Program-made: the position numbers and the translations under genes
Source of the DNA: an uncultured virus (IMG/VR IMGVR_UViG_3300021142_001411)
Lineage: Duplodnaviria; Heunggongvirae; Uroviricota; Caudoviricetes
Direction: 5' to 3' (one strand)
Virus record (IMG/VR): IMGVR_UViG_3300021142_001411
DNA: 64,000 nt
Part shown: in pieces, positions 36,680 to 47,792 of the stretch
How the letters are laid out: each line of letters starts with the position of its first letter
Position numbering within the stretch: the stretch's first letter is position 1
Notes under the pieces: generated by a model
The model's input: only the letters and a program-made list of their open reading frames with translations
The model's database searches: none
Told to the model about the DNA's origin: nothing

Positions 36680-38050
36680 TTATTTTTCTGATACAATCTC
36701 AAATTTTATTTGATCTTTATAATAAATTTCTTCTGTATGTGTATGACCTTTAAATTCCATATAATATTCTCTTGGAATTAAATAATTGGTATCTAAATAG
36801 AAGGAGTTTTCGTTGGTTACATCTAATTGTGTCCAATCGTAAACAATAACGTCAGTGTGACCTTCTTTCACAAAAAGTCTATAATAAACTTCTTTAAATA
36901 ATTGTGTTTTTGGTACATCTATTGATCTAAATGAAACGACAATTTTTCTTATATCACCTTGTTTTATTTTATCAGATTGTTTGATTCCAAAATATTGTAT
37001 TGAATATCTTTGTAGTTCTGTTTGATTAGTACCAACTGTGAAATTTGCTGAGTATGGATTTGGAATAAATTTTTGTGTTACATCGTTAATTGATATACCA
37101 TCTAAACTTAATGATTTCCATTTATCATAGAAGAATCTTCTACCATCACAAATCTGACCTGATAGACCAAATGTGACTTTATAAATACCTTTTCTTATCT
37201 TTGTTGTAGTTAACCCAGTAAGTGTTGGGATTGGGGTATTTGATGAATCTAAAATATCAACAGTAGGAAGATAATCTAAATCATAAAAATTAGTTCCTTT
37301 TGTTACATATAAATATAAATTTTGGGGACTATTTTCTATAAATAAATTTCTATCATCATCTATTCTATCATCAAAAATTGTTTCAACAAATGGTTCAAAA
37401 AACGTTTGTGTATATTTTGTAAAGAAAGCAACAGATTGTTCAAGAGAGTTAGTTATACTTTGATATGGTACTGAGAATGCAAGTCCTAATCCATAATTTG
37501 TAGAATCACCAGTTAAAATACTATTAATATAAGATGTGATATCTACATTTATATTTTCATTTCCGTTATCAAAATGAATAGTATTGATAATTGTTGGGTT
37601 TGTATCATAGATACCAGGTGTTGTCCAACCACTTAATGTTGTTTTATTATACCAGTTAGATGGTTTAATATCATATGTGTGATTATCTATTGAAATATCT
37701 GCAGTATATTCGTAATCGTAACCTGTACCTTCATCCCAATATTCATCTATTTGAAATATAATCAAATCAAATGAGCTGGTTCTTTGTTTACCAGTATTTT
37801 TGATTTCATTTCTCATTGTTTCATCACCAAATATTGTGTTGGTCATGTTAAGATAATGTTTTGTATTAGAATCTATTACAAAATCATTATTATCTATTTT
37901 GTATTTTAAATCGGTTAAATCTACTTTAAAAATGAATTTAGAAAATCCATTACCATAGTATAATTCGGTAGCTGGAAATTTTGATGTGTTGACATCAGAA
38001 TTTTTAATTATTGTATTGTTTTTTTCAAAATATGAACGAAAATATGACAT
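36680..38050 (-). CDS. Putative structural protein
   Basis: T/N/Y-rich; WDEGTGYD...SNW motif; adjacent to gp5-like gene. Confidence 0.55.
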   Translation of the reverse strand: MSYFRSYFEKNNTIIKNSDVNTSKFPATELYYGNGFSKFIFKVDLTDLKYKIDNNDFVIDSNTKHYLNMTNTIFGDETMRNEIKNTGKQRTSSFDLIIFQIDEYWDEGTGYDYEYTADISIDNHTYDIKPSNWYNKTTLSGWTTPGIYDTNPTIINTIHFDNGNENINVDITSYINSILTGDSTNYGLGLAFSVPYQSITNSLEQSVAFFTKYTQTFFEPFVETIFDDRIDDDRNLFIENSPQNLYLYVTKGTNFYDLDYLPTVDILDSSNTPIPTLTGLTTTKIRKGIYKVTFGLSGQICDGRRFFYDKWKSLSLDGISINDVTQKFIPNPYSANFTVGTNQTELQRYSIQYFGIKQSDKIKQGDIRKIVVSFRSIDVPKTQLFKEVYYRLFVKEGHTDVIVYDWTQLDVTNENSFYLDTNYLIPREYYMEFKGHTHTEEIYYKDQIKFEIVSEK

Positions 38051-38073
38051 CTTTTTTATTATAAATATCTCAA

Positions 38074-39615
38074 TTAGTTGATTCTAATTGAATTATTTAA
38101 AAGATCATTTTCAATTGTTTCAACTAATTTAATTAACTTATCATAATTAGGGTCACCTTTAACTAATGGACCATGTAAATTATGTTCATGACTTAATAAT
38201 AAGTTAATCATCGCATATATTAATTTAATTAAATTTTCACCTCTTACTGTTGCAAATGTATTTGGTTCTATTTTTTCAATATAATCACTTTGAGTATAAT
38301 CATATGTGTTTAAATTATTGAAATCAATAGGTTTATTTGTTTCATTGGTATCTGTAGATAAAAAATAAATTCTATCAGATACTAAAGTTCCAAAACTTTG
38401 TTCCGGTGAATTATTATTAATTTTGGCGTATTCTATTGTTTTTTCTTTTGTTTTAGTTTTTGGTTTAACAGATTGTTGAGACCATATTAAACCATTTGTT
38501 GGTCCGACTTTAGAAACTTCAATATTACTTAAAATATTGGTTCTATTATTTTTTTCTGTATCAGTTAAACCATTTCTATGAACAAATTCATATGTTGGTC
38601 TAAAATAGAATGGGTGTAAATCTTCATTTAAATACTTACTATTTTCAGGAGTACTTAATTTGGAATCGGTTAATGTTTGTTTTAAACCATAATCATGTAA
38701 TAAACTAATTATATGTCTAATTTCAATTGTTGATATTTTTATTAGGTCACCATCTGCTGGGTCTAAAGGTACTGAAAATGTTGTGGTGCCTGATGGTGTT
38801 GTTATAAATTTACTAGTTCCACTGGTTATTGGTGTGTATTCATTGAAATTAGTTGTTAAATAAGTCGGTCCTACAGCTTTATTTTGATCTATTTTATATA
38901 AATAAAAATTAATTTTTGTTGGGGTTAATAAATCATCTACATCATATTCAACAACATATTTAATTATACCAGATTCAACATTACTTTCATTTGTTTTTTC
39001 TTGAACTAATTCCATTGTTTTTGAGAATTTCTTCAAGAATAATTTTGAATATTTTGATCCTAATATTGGTTGAGATAATAGGGTTTTTTTATCAACAACA
39101 CTTGCTGCTCCTTTGGATAGTAATTTACCTCCTCTTAATACGATACCATTTTCTGTGAATAAAATATCTGAACCATCTTTTCCATATAAAGCATTATCAG
39201 TATTTTTTGGGTGAGCACCTTCTGCTCTTTTATTAACATAGTTACCGTTAGTATCAAATATTGCTGGACTATGTTTATATGTCACACCATATGATAAGTT
39301 TTCAACTTGTTGTGAATATGTTTGACTATTAAAATCATGTAATGTTGTAAATGGTCCTGGTATATATTCTTGGTTAACAGTTTCTTTTGTTGTGTTATAA
39401 TTAATAAGTTTAACTGCTTGTTGTTTTGATGGTATAAAATTAATTGTTGGTGGTAAGAATGGTAGACATATAAATGGATCTCTATCTCCCCAAGGAGTAT
39501 AATCCATTGCCTTTTCTTTTTCACCAATATAATCATTATAACGAATTGCACGTATTCTCCCAATACCCAATGGGTCTACGTTATCAACACAAATTGCAAT
39601 ATCTATTATTTTCAT
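38074..39615 (-). CDS. Baseplate hub/gp5-like protein
   Basis: N-terminal CVDNVDPLGIGRIR like the gp5 OB-fold; C-terminal VRGENL...SHEH. Confidence 0.6.
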   Translation of the reverse strand: MKIIDIAICVDNVDPLGIGRIRAIRYNDYIGEKEKAMDYTPWGDRDPFICLPFLPPTINFIPSKQQAVKLINYNTTKETVNQEYIPGPFTTLHDFNSQTYSQQVENLSYGVTYKHSPAIFDTNGNYVNKRAEGAHPKNTDNALYGKDGSDILFTENGIVLRGGKLLSKGAASVVDKKTLLSQPILGSKYSKLFLKKFSKTMELVQEKTNESNVESGIIKYVVEYDVDDLLTPTKINFYLYKIDQNKAVGPTYLTTNFNEYTPITSGTSKFITTPSGTTTFSVPLDPADGDLIKISTIEIRHIISLLHDYGLKQTLTDSKLSTPENSKYLNEDLHPFYFRPTYEFVHRNGLTDTEKNNRTNILSNIEVSKVGPTNGLIWSQQSVKPKTKTKEKTIEYAKINNNSPEQSFGTLVSDRIYFLSTDTNETNKPIDFNNLNTYDYTQSDYIEKIEPNTFATVRGENLIKLIYAMINLLLSHEHNLHGPLVKGDPNYDKLIKLVETIENDLLNNSIRIN

Positions 39616-39815
39616 TATTTACCAGTTCGTTTACTTATTTCATTATTAACTTTATTATACAATTCCTCAACACTATCAAGATGTCTTGTTAGATCTATAA
39701 TTAGTTCTTTTGTTTTATTAAATTCATCAAATAATTCATTTTTTACTAAAAACAAATCATTATTTGATCTATCTTGGATATTTTCTACAATATCAATTAT
39801 TTTTTTCTTATCCAT
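39615..39815 (-). CDS. Small coiled-coil hypothetical protein
   Basis: Coupled to neighbours. Confidence 0.55.
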   Translation of the reverse strand: MDKKKIIDIVENIQDRSNNDLFLVKNELFDEFNKTKELIIDLTRHLDSVEELYNKVNNEISKRTGK

Positions 39816-39816
39816 T

Positions 39817-41706
39817 TTACATTGATTTTCCCGCTAATGTCATCATACCAGGTAAAATTGTACCAGGTCCAGATGGTGTTGCAACAATAATCGGTAAAGT
39901 ATTTGTTGATTTTGTAAAACCATTCATATCTTTTTCTTCTGTATGACCATCAATAATTGATTTTACCATTGCTTGAAGATTACTACTTTCCCCATAAATT
40001 GGACCCATATTTATTCCTGCTGCTGACATTCTTTCTGATATATTCATACTTGCTCTTTCAGGACTAAAACCCGGTTGTTTGTCTGCAAATAGTAATAATA
40101 AATTAGGTACTTGGTTTGATCCGTTTACTGCCAATGCAGTATTAATTGCAGTTATAATTGCATTAAATAAGTCATAACAATTATCTAATCCAGTTTCTAA
40201 AACTTTTAATAAAAATGAAATCAGTGCACTTATAATGACCAAATATCTTTTATTTTTTCCTTTAATAATTTTTTGTGCTGTTTTTAATAAAAATTTTAAT
40301 AAATCCGCTTTAACTAATTTCCAAAATGTTCTTATAAATAACCAAAATAAATCAGTAATTATTCCATTAAATAATTTAAATAATTTTTTCATTAAACTTT
40401 TTAAATCTAATGAACCTAAATTATTTTTAATTACTTTATACATTAAAACAATTGGATAAATAATTTTTGGTGATAATATTGAAGTGATTATTGCCTTTGG
40501 TATGTTTAATATAAATAAATTTTGTAAATTTAAATTAAAATTAATTGGTAATAAATTCCCTTCTGATTGTGCTGCAGCATCATTTGCAACTTTTGAGAAT
40601 GTCTCATTTATTGCAGTATTTAATGGTTTTTTATTTATATAATAAACAAAATCTTCAATCATTTTTCCATTGACTGGAACTTCAAAATTATTACAATCTG
40701 CAAATTTTAAAACTCTTCTTTTTCTTGTATCTTCATCATCTAAATCAATACCTTCAACATCATCAAAATTAAAATAAGCTTCGATATCTTCTTCGTTTTC
40801 ATCAAACATGTTATGTTGATTTTCTAACTTATTTTTATTTTTTGGTGAACCACATACTGCGAACAATTTTTTAATTATTCTTTGTATCTCATTCATACCA
40901 TCTAAGAAAAAAGAAGGTTCTGTACCATCACCTTGTATTGTCATTAACATTGCAGTTTTTGCAATATGTTTTAAATCGGGTAATTCAATTGAAGAGTAAT
41001 AATCCGAAAAAAATTCACTTACTTTTGGTTTTGTATTTTCTTGTGTTAGACCTGAAACAATAAAATACTGATTTGGTGCACTCCAATTTGCAGTAAATAA
41101 AGTTTTATTATTATTTGTATTAAATTGGTAAGGACCACTTGTAAATGATGTATAAAAATCTCTATTTAATTTTAATTTACCTTTATTTGGTGATGTTGCC
41201 TCATACATTATCTGACCTGATGAAGATGAAGGGTCAACAGTAAACATTTTTAAAAGATCAAATTCATTAGGTGTAATTGTTAATTGATCAATATTAATAG
41301 ATGTTAATGTACCACAAATACCATCTCCAGCAAAAAAAACTTTCTCAACATTACTAGATACTATTTGTTTCGCAGAATCTAATGTCGTTTTCCCTGCACT
41401 CATTGCATATTTCTTTAACTGACCAGTTATTGAAGTTTTATCATTCCCACCAGGTTTATTATTGTTACCAAAAAAACCATTTGCAATATCCATTAATTCA
41501 CCAAAAATATCTTTATTATTGGTTTTTTTTGAATTTGTTTGACCAAATTGACCTAGTTTTTTACCTAATAATTGATCTGTTGATGGTAAGTCTTTAAGAT
41601 ATTTATCTTCTAAACTATTTGCAAAGGCATTGGGGTCATCATTAATTTTTTTGATGGCCTCTAATTTTGATTGTATTTTATTTTTTACACTTCTTGTATC
41701 ACTCAT
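39817..41706 (-). CDS. Hypothetical protein
   Basis: 629-aa ORF, hydrophobic C-terminal helices. Confidence 0.65.
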   Translation of the reverse strand: MSDTRSVKNKIQSKLEAIKKINDDPNAFANSLEDKYLKDLPSTDQLLGKKLGQFGQTNSKKTNNKDIFGELMDIANGFFGNNNKPGGNDKTSITGQLKKYAMSAGKTTLDSAKQIVSSNVEKVFFAGDGICGTLTSINIDQLTITPNEFDLLKMFTVDPSSSSGQIMYEATSPNKGKLKLNRDFYTSFTSGPYQFNTNNNKTLFTANWSAPNQYFIVSGLTQENTKPKVSEFFSDYYSSIELPDLKHIAKTAMLMTIQGDGTEPSFFLDGMNEIQRIIKKLFAVCGSPKNKNKLENQHNMFDENEEDIEAYFNFDDVEGIDLDDEDTRKRRVLKFADCNNFEVPVNGKMIEDFVYYINKKPLNTAINETFSKVANDAAAQSEGNLLPINFNLNLQNLFILNIPKAIITSILSPKIIYPIVLMYKVIKNNLGSLDLKSLMKKLFKLFNGIITDLFWLFIRTFWKLVKADLLKFLLKTAQKIIKGKNKRYLVIISALISFLLKVLETGLDNCYDLFNAIITAINTALAVNGSNQVPNLLLLFADKQPGFSPERASMNISERMSAAGINMGPIYGESSNLQAMVKSIIDGHTEEKDMNGFTKSTNTLPIIVATPSGPGTILPGMMTLAGKSM

Positions 41707-42086
41707 TATATTGAATATGTTGTTTTTGATGTTCCTTTATCATCATCATTAACTAATTTATCTAATATAGCTCTATCTTCGTCAGATAATGTAAGTTTAC
41801 CAATTGGTCCTCCACCATTACCTTGACCTTGTGTTTGTTTTAATAAAACACTTTGTAATTTAACTAATGATATTTTCTTTTCAGCACATTCATTAAGGAT
41901 TTTTTGTTGTTCTTTAATTACAGGTCCAATCATACTCATATCCTCAGCATCTTTCATAAATGCAAGCATTTTTTTCATAATTAATGATGCTGTATTTTTT
42001 TGTTCAACAATATCATTATAAATTTCTTGCATTAAAGACAATGCAGAATCAACATCTAATGATATAATATTTCTTTTGTTTGCCAT
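41706..42086 (-). CDS. Hypothetical protein
   Basis: Coupled ORF. Confidence 0.6.
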   Translation of the reverse strand: MANKRNIISLDVDSALSLMQEIYNDIVEQKNTASLIMKKMLAFMKDAEDMSMIGPVIKEQQKILNECAEKKISLVKLQSVLLKQTQGQGNGGGPIGKLTLSDEDRAILDKLVNDDDKGTSKTTYSI

Positions 42087-42106
42087 ACTAATAAATAGAT
42101 GTTTTT

Positions 42107-42805
42107 TTATTTTATGACATCTTCTAATATACCATTATACATTTTTTTATAACGTTTTAATGATAATCTTATTTCTTTTGTTGATAAAGATGTCATTTCT
42201 CTCAATGATAAAAGTATTAGGTTCTTATTAAATTTATTACCTCCACCAATTTGAAATATTTTATTAAAATTGGTAAAAATTTCAAGTAATGCGTATCCTA
42301 ATTTTTTTTCATTTTCGTTCATTTCTTCATTTTCCATGAATTCTTCTAATTCTACCACTAATTTTGTAATAATATCAGAATAATCAACGTCTTCATGGTC
42401 TATTGTATATGATAAATGAGGACTTTCCTCTATTTCAGAAGAAATGTCCTCATATGATATACTTCTATTACTTTCTTTGGTGTCTTTTTGAATTGCACCC
42501 ATCAAGTAATTTTTACAAATCGTACCAAAATACGAATACGCCTTCGTATTTTTGGTATGATCAAATTTGTTTAATTTTGTAATTAGAAAAGACCATGTAT
42601 CGGTATGATTTTCATCAAATGATATACCTTTTCTATATAATTTATAGCGTCGAATAATTGATTCGATCATTATAATTAGGGGTTCTCTTAAATATTCATT
42701 GAATATCTTATTCCTTTCAGTTTCGTCTTCAGATTCTAGATATCTTACTACCGCTTCTTCTTGTTCAACCCCAAAATACTCTTTTTGGGTTCTTTTTTTT
42801 GGCAT
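42107..42805 (-). CDS. Phage sigma factor, gp55-like (late transcription)
   Basis: KFDHTKNTKAYSYFGTICKNYL resembles sigma region 2 of gp55-like proteins. Confidence 0.65.
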   Translation of the reverse strand: MPKKRTQKEYFGVEQEEAVVRYLESEDETERNKIFNEYLREPLIIMIESIIRRYKLYRKGISFDENHTDTWSFLITKLNKFDHTKNTKAYSYFGTICKNYLMGAIQKDTKESNRSISYEDISSEIEESPHLSYTIDHEDVDYSDIITKLVVELEEFMENEEMNENEKKLGYALLEIFTNFNKIFQIGGGNKFNKNLILLSLREMTSLSTKEIRLSLKRYKKMYNGILEDVIK

Positions 42806-43587
42806 TAAGCTGGTACATAATTAATTTCTCGTTTATTTTTAAAGAAAAATTCTTTTTTAGCTGAATCTATCCAAAACTTAACTTCATCCTCAGTTAATTT
42901 TTCATTTTCAAATGACCAAAATAATGAATCTTCTCTTAAATTCACGTGTTGATAACCAATACGTGGAACTGTCATTATTTTAACTTGATTATTAGTTAAT
43001 CTTAGTAAAAATTCATAACTAAATGTTAGTTTCATGTTTTCTTTAAACACCCCATTTTCTTTAATGGTTTTTGTTCTATAAAGACCACCACTAGTTTGAT
43101 AATTTTGGAATTCTAACAATGTACCATTATCAATATAACCTTGTTGATCTGTAAAACCATAAGCCCAAGATGATTCATTCGTAAAACTTAAAAAATTACC
43201 ATCTTTATCAACATCTTTAATGATTGGAAGAAATACATCAACATCTGTATATGTGTTAATATGTTCATTCATTGATTTCAACCATATTGGTTTAAATATG
43301 TCATCAATTTCCAATATTGCAAACCATTCGGTATCACATGTTTCAATACCTTTGTTAATTTGTGAACAAAAATCTGTTTTACCTAAATTAACGATATAAT
43401 TGATTTCTAATTTTTGTCCAAAATCTATTTTGGTTATTTCATTTTTAATGTCTGCTGGACAAATAATTGAAACTTTAACATCATTATAAAATGTGTTCAT
43501 AGAATCAATTGCAATTGTTAACATTTCTTTATAATCTTCATCTATTTTGTGTACTGCTAAAAGTACTGTTATATTCTTGTTCTCCAT
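42805..43587 (-). CDS. Glycosyltransferase, GT2/GT-A-like
   Basis: ITVLLAVH, INKGI..CDTEWFAILEIDD. Confidence 0.75.
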   Translation of the reverse strand: MENKNITVLLAVHKIDEDYKEMLTIAIDSMNTFYNDVKVSIICPADIKNEITKIDFGQKLEINYIVNLGKTDFCSQINKGIETCDTEWFAILEIDDIFKPIWLKSMNEHINTYTDVDVFLPIIKDVDKDGNFLSFTNESSWAYGFTDQQGYIDNGTLLEFQNYQTSGGLYRTKTIKENGVFKENMKLTFSYEFLLRLTNNQVKIMTVPRIGYQHVNLREDSLFWSFENEKLTEDEVKFWIDSAKKEFFFKNKREINYVPA

Positions 43588-44648
43588 TATATTGTTTCTT
43601 TATTTATATTTTCAATCCCTTTTTCGATTGCTTCTTTTCTTTTATTTTTTATTGATCCAAAAATAGATAATATGTTATTTTGTGTCACATGTGTATCATA
43701 TGGTAATAAAGTATCTTTCATTTTAGTTTTAACTTCGTCAGTTAAATCAATACCATCTAACCAAGATAATAAGAAAGTACCTAAAATATCTACCAATTTA
43801 TTGGTATCATCTGTCCACATACCATTTTCTCCTAACCAATCTGGTTCTGTATCAGGTATCTTACCAATAACAGGAACAGCACTTTTTAATGATTCAAGAG
43901 GAAATGTACCAAATGTAGATTCGTTATCCACCCATAATGATACAACACATTCTTTTAGTGCTTCACTAAAGTCTTTATAATTCATTTGAACCATATCTCT
44001 GAATGTGATGAATCTAAGTTGTGGATACCTAAGATAAAATTCAGATATTAATCTTCTATGGATGACTCTATCTCTACAATTAATCGCTACCAATGGTTTT
44101 ATTGGTTTTTCTGAAGGTGTGAAATTATCACCAATTATTGGTGGTATAATGAACACTAATGCTTCCGGAAAGTTTTGTAAAATATATTTTTTACTTTCTT
44201 CTGTTGTAGTAATTACCCTGTCAAATCCAAAATCAATCCATCTACTACCAACTGGTAATGTTTCAAAAATATAATTTTTTTGTTGAACTAACATTACTTT
44301 ACTACATTTAACATTAGTCAGTTGTTGTAAAACATTTGAATAGTATTCAGGAACGACAATAGTGTCATCAATTTTAATTTCTGGTCTGTCTTCTTTAATA
44401 GATACGACTTCTAATTTAGAATAATCGTCACCTAACCAAGGTACGCCACCATATGTTTTATCTTCAACAAGGATTTTTGATGGGAATCCATTATTATTTA
44501 ATGTTAAAGCCATATCATAGATATGTTTAACTGATGCTCTTGGGTTATTTTTTGTGTCATATGTTAAAAAATACGTAACACTTTGACCCCCCTCTAATCT
44601 ACCTATCGCTTCGATTAGTTTTTGTATTTGTTCTTCTTTATTCATCAT
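43587..44648 (-). CDS. Glycosyltransferase, GT-B-like
   Basis: IVVPE, STFGTFPLESLKSAVPVI. Confidence 0.6.
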   Translation of the reverse strand: MMNKEEQIQKLIEAIGRLEGGQSVTYFLTYDTKNNPRASVKHIYDMALTLNNNGFPSKILVEDKTYGGVPWLGDDYSKLEVVSIKEDRPEIKIDDTIVVPEYYSNVLQQLTNVKCSKVMLVQQKNYIFETLPVGSRWIDFGFDRVITTTEESKKYILQNFPEALVFIIPPIIGDNFTPSEKPIKPLVAINCRDRVIHRRLISEFYLRYPQLRFITFRDMVQMNYKDFSEALKECVVSLWVDNESTFGTFPLESLKSAVPVIGKIPDTEPDWLGENGMWTDDTNKLVDILGTFLLSWLDGIDLTDEVKTKMKDTLLPYDTHVTQNNILSIFGSIKNKRKEAIEKGIENINKETI

Positions 44649-44949
44649 CTTCTATATATTCAATTAAAATTTCACTTTTTATTAGACTATTCATCGCAAT
44701 TTGAAAGGATATGTCTTCGTTTTTAAATCCTTTTAATAATGTGTCGTCTTCTGATTCTTGAAAGTCATTGATGACTCTATCTAAACACATTTTCACCATT
44801 TCATATTTGAAAACGTTGATTTCTAAATCTGAAGGTACTTTTTCTTCATCTTTATTATCAGCGTCATCATCATTTATTCTTGTGATTTTGCATTTGTCAA
44901 TGATTTTGTCGAAGTCAATGTAGTACTGTTTTCTGAAAAATTGATCCAT
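44638..44949 (-). CDS. Hypothetical protein
   Basis: Overlapping ORF in operon. Confidence 0.55.
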   Translation of the reverse strand: MDQFFRKQYYIDFDKIIDKCKITRINDDDADNKDEEKVPSDLEINVFKYEMVKMCLDRVINDFQESEDDTLLKGFKNEDISFQIAMNSLIKSEILIEYIEDDE

Positions 44950-45563
44950 GTTTCTTTTATTTCTGTTAATTTAGTTATTTCTTCTCCAATTGTAAAGAAT
45001 TCATTGTATTTAGTATTAAATTTATAGACAAATTTATCAATAGGACATTTTTCTATTATTTTTTTATTATCCGTTATCCAATAATGACAATTTTTCCAAG
45101 CATCTTCAATTTCATTTGATTTAATAAACTTAATATTATTTGCCATTATACCATTTTTAGATAGAAAAAATAATGTTGCTGGTTTTGCTTTACCAAATTC
45201 ATCCAAACCAATTAAAGTAATATTATGTTCTAAATTTGAGGAAATTAATTTATTTAAATCTGTTATCACAGTTGAGTAACTAAGACCTGCATGACCGAAG
45301 ATTTCTATTGGAAATTCTAAGAATAAAAAATATTCAAATTCTTCTTTTGATTTAAATTTATAACTATTTAATATATTATCATTTTGAACAGGTAAATTTA
45401 TTCCATATTCAAAATTACTATCATTTGAATCAATAACTTCTCCAGTTTCAACATCAAGTTTATCACCGATTTCATCTGAGTTTAAATAATAATCTACGTA
45501 GTGGTAGTCGAATTTTTGTATGAGGTTTCTAATAACCCCGTCAATACTAATATATATTTCCAT
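44874..45563 (-). CDS. HAD-like 5'-nucleotidase-fold protein (motif I degenerate)
   Basis: IYISIDGVIRN, WITDN, KFNTKYN. Confidence 0.55.
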   Translation of the reverse strand: MEIYISIDGVIRNLIQKFDYHYVDYYLNSDEIGDKLDVETGEVIDSNDSNFEYGINLPVQNDNILNSYKFKSKEEFEYFLFLEFPIEIFGHAGLSYSTVITDLNKLISSNLEHNITLIGLDEFGKAKPATLFFLSKNGIMANNIKFIKSNEIEDAWKNCHYWITDNKKIIEKCPIDKFVYKFNTKYNEFFTIGEEITKLTEIKETWINFSENSTTLTSTKSLTNAKSQE

Positions 45564-45657
45564 GTCGACTAATATAGTATTAGTGTAAATATAAGTAAAT
45601 AATAAACCAATATCACTATAATAAATGATATGGGTTTATTGTACAAAAATTACTTTA

Positions 45658-47433
45658 TTACTTAGCTAAATGTGCTTTGTATTTTTTATATATCTTCTGT
45701 ATTAATGGATCTCTTTTTTGGAATGATTCATCTAATTCTTTAATACCGATTTCAGGTTCATTACCAAGTATTTCAATTAAATCAAAAATACCAGTATTTC
45801 TAATATCAGTTTGGAATGGATCTGCCATTAATATTAATTTTGATGAAGAACTTTTTCTTGTTATAAAAGATATTTGTTCATGTAAAACCGCACCTTGTAT
45901 TTCATCTGCAATAATACATGCATTTTCAAAACTAACACCTCTACAAAATTGTATTGGTTCAAATATTACAGTTTCTTCTCTGAATAATTTTTCTGTTTCT
46001 AACTTACCGATAATTTTTTCCATATTATCAATAAATGAACGTAAATAAGGTTCTATTTTTTCTTCTGAAGTACCGGGTAAAAATCCCATACTTTTACCAA
46101 TTTCAACGATTGGTTTTGTTAATACAATTTTCTCAATATTCTTTTTCCTTAATTCAGTTAAAGCATAATAAAGAGCTATTGTTGTGTTATGTGTAACAAT
46201 AAAATTATCGGTTAAATATAAATGTGATGGTGAATCAACATAAATACATTGACATTCTTTTTCACCAACATACTCAATTTTTTTAATTATTCTTTTAAAT
46301 TCATTACGTTTATTATTTAGTAAACGTTCTCTTTTTCTTGTTAATGTGAATAATTTATGATAATCTTCAAAATAAAGATATACATTATAATTTATTGATG
46401 TTTTAATAATATCACCATTATTATTTTTATATTTACTTTCTCTATGTTTTATTTTACCAACACCACCCAATGAAAATATTAAAAATAAAATATCATTAGC
46501 TAATTGTAAACTACTTGTACTTATGGATATTCTTTGATTTTTTTCTACAGTACCGTCAGTATCCAATAACCCATTTAATAATTTTAAACGATTATCAATA
46601 TTTGTGAAAATGTATTCTTTTGGAATAAATTTTTCTTTACTACCAACATTAATATTTAATCGTCTTATTTCATTTAAAATTTCATTTTTTTGTTTAACCC
46701 CATTTATTCGATAATCACAACTTTTCAAATCTTTTTTCTTTAATGAACAATTATGTTCTTTTATAATCTCATCAACAGAATTTAATATTTCTTTATCAAT
46801 TGTAGATAAAATTACGGAATTTTGTGTTAATCCCCCATCACCTAATAATACACCTATTAAATAAGGATCTATATTATGGTTATCTTTAAAATACTCCGAT
46901 TTTGAAAAATCAATAGGTTTGTGTTTTGGTAAATAATAATTATTACTTAATTTTGAAATAATTTCTTTTGTTGGTAATGTTTCATATTTCAAATAATTGG
47001 TATTGATATATTCTTTTCCATTTTTTTTATGGAATTGATTATACAAATTTTTCTTTTTTATAACACTCCATAAATGTTCTTCACAACATTCTGTGGTAGA
47101 ACCATCATTTAATGTTATTTTAACTATCTTTTTAACCCCTTGTGGATAAATACCTAAAATAGTTGTCTCATCACCATTTTCTGTAATTATTTTATCTCCA
47201 ACAATTAAATCCCCCATTAATTTATAACCATTAGATGTTACAACATTTGAATCTAATGGTTGTGCTTTACCACAACCCGGATCGGCAAGTAATAATGTTA
47301 TTTGATTATTTCTTATAAATTCGACTACTTCTTTTTGATTATCGTCTAATGTGATTTGAAACTTTGGGGGTGTTTTAGGAACTCTCTTCTCTTTGTAAAC
47401 ATTGTCTGTATGCGGTTTAGACGCCATATTCAT
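45658..47433 (-). CDS. phoH: PhoH-like ATPase with intein
   Basis: PGCGK|T, MGFLPGTSEEK.EPYL, CRGVSF, ADEIQ, MADPFQTD. Confidence 0.9.
   Translation of the reverse strand: MNMASKPHTDNVYKEKRVPKTPPKFQITLDDNQKEVVEFIRNNQITLLLADPGCGKAQPLDSNVVTSNGYKLMGDLIVGDKIITENGDETTILGIYPQGVKKIVKITLNDGSTTECCEEHLWSVIKKKNLYNQFHKKNGKEYINTNYLKYETLPTKEIISKLSNNYYLPKHKPIDFSKSEYFKDNHNIDPYLIGVLLGDGGLTQNSVILSTIDKEILNSVDEIIKEHNCSLKKKDLKSCDYRINGVKQKNEILNEIRRLNINVGSKEKFIPKEYIFTNIDNRLKLLNGLLDTDGTVEKNQRISISTSSLQLANDILFLIFSLGGVGKIKHRESKYKNNNGDIIKTSINYNVYLYFEDYHKLFTLTRKRERLLNNKRNEFKRIIKKIEYVGEKECQCIYVDSPSHLYLTDNFIVTHNTTIALYYALTELRKKNIEKIVLTKPIVEIGKSMGFLPGTSEEKIEPYLRSFIDNMEKIIGKLETEKLFREETVIFEPIQFCRGVSFENACIIADEIQGAVLHEQISFITRKSSSSKLILMADPFQTDIRNTGIFDLIEILGNEPEIGIKELDESFQKRDPLIQKIYKKYKAHLAK
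46186..47265 (-). mobile_element. Class 3-type (Ala1) LAGLIDADG intein, 360 aa
   Basis: K|AQPLDS...CCEEHLW...GVLLGDG...GLLDTDG...CQCIYV...VTHN|T. Confidence 0.88.
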
Positions 47434-47486
47434 ATCCTTTTTTTATAAATATGGCGTTAAACCTGAATACTTTATATATGTATTTT

Positions 47487-47792
47487 TTATTTACCAGAAC
47501 TACCAAATCCACCTGTACCTCTCTCAGTATCAGAGAGTGTTTCGGATTCAATAAATTTAATTTGAGGATAAGGTAAAATAATTATTTGTGCTCCTCTTTC
47601 ACCTAATTCATATTTGTTAAAAAATGGTGCGTTATCAGTAACTATTTTGAATGTGGCTTTAATTTCACCTCTATAACCACAATTATGTAAACATAAATTA
47701 TTTCCAAAGAAATTATGATTTTTTTCTACTGTTAAATGATAAATTGGTTTACTATTAGTTTTTTCAATTTTTTTTATTTTGGTATATTTCAT
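47487..47792 (-). CDS. dut: dUTPase C-terminal fragment with 37-aa C-intein (47682-47792)
   Basis: NFFGNNLCLHN|CGYRGEI...GERGAQII...RGTGGFGSSG. Confidence 0.9.
   Translation of the reverse strand: MKYTKIKKIEKTNSKPIYHLTVEKNHNFFGNNLCLHNCGYRGEIKATFKIVTDNAPFFNKYELGERGAQIIILPYPQIKFIESETLSDTERGTGGFGSSGK

Noticed and set aside
45601..45640. Inverted repeat AATAAACC.ATATCA...TGATAT.GGTTTATT downstream of phoH
   Set aside because: Most simply a terminator-like hairpin; nothing supports a mobile-element end.
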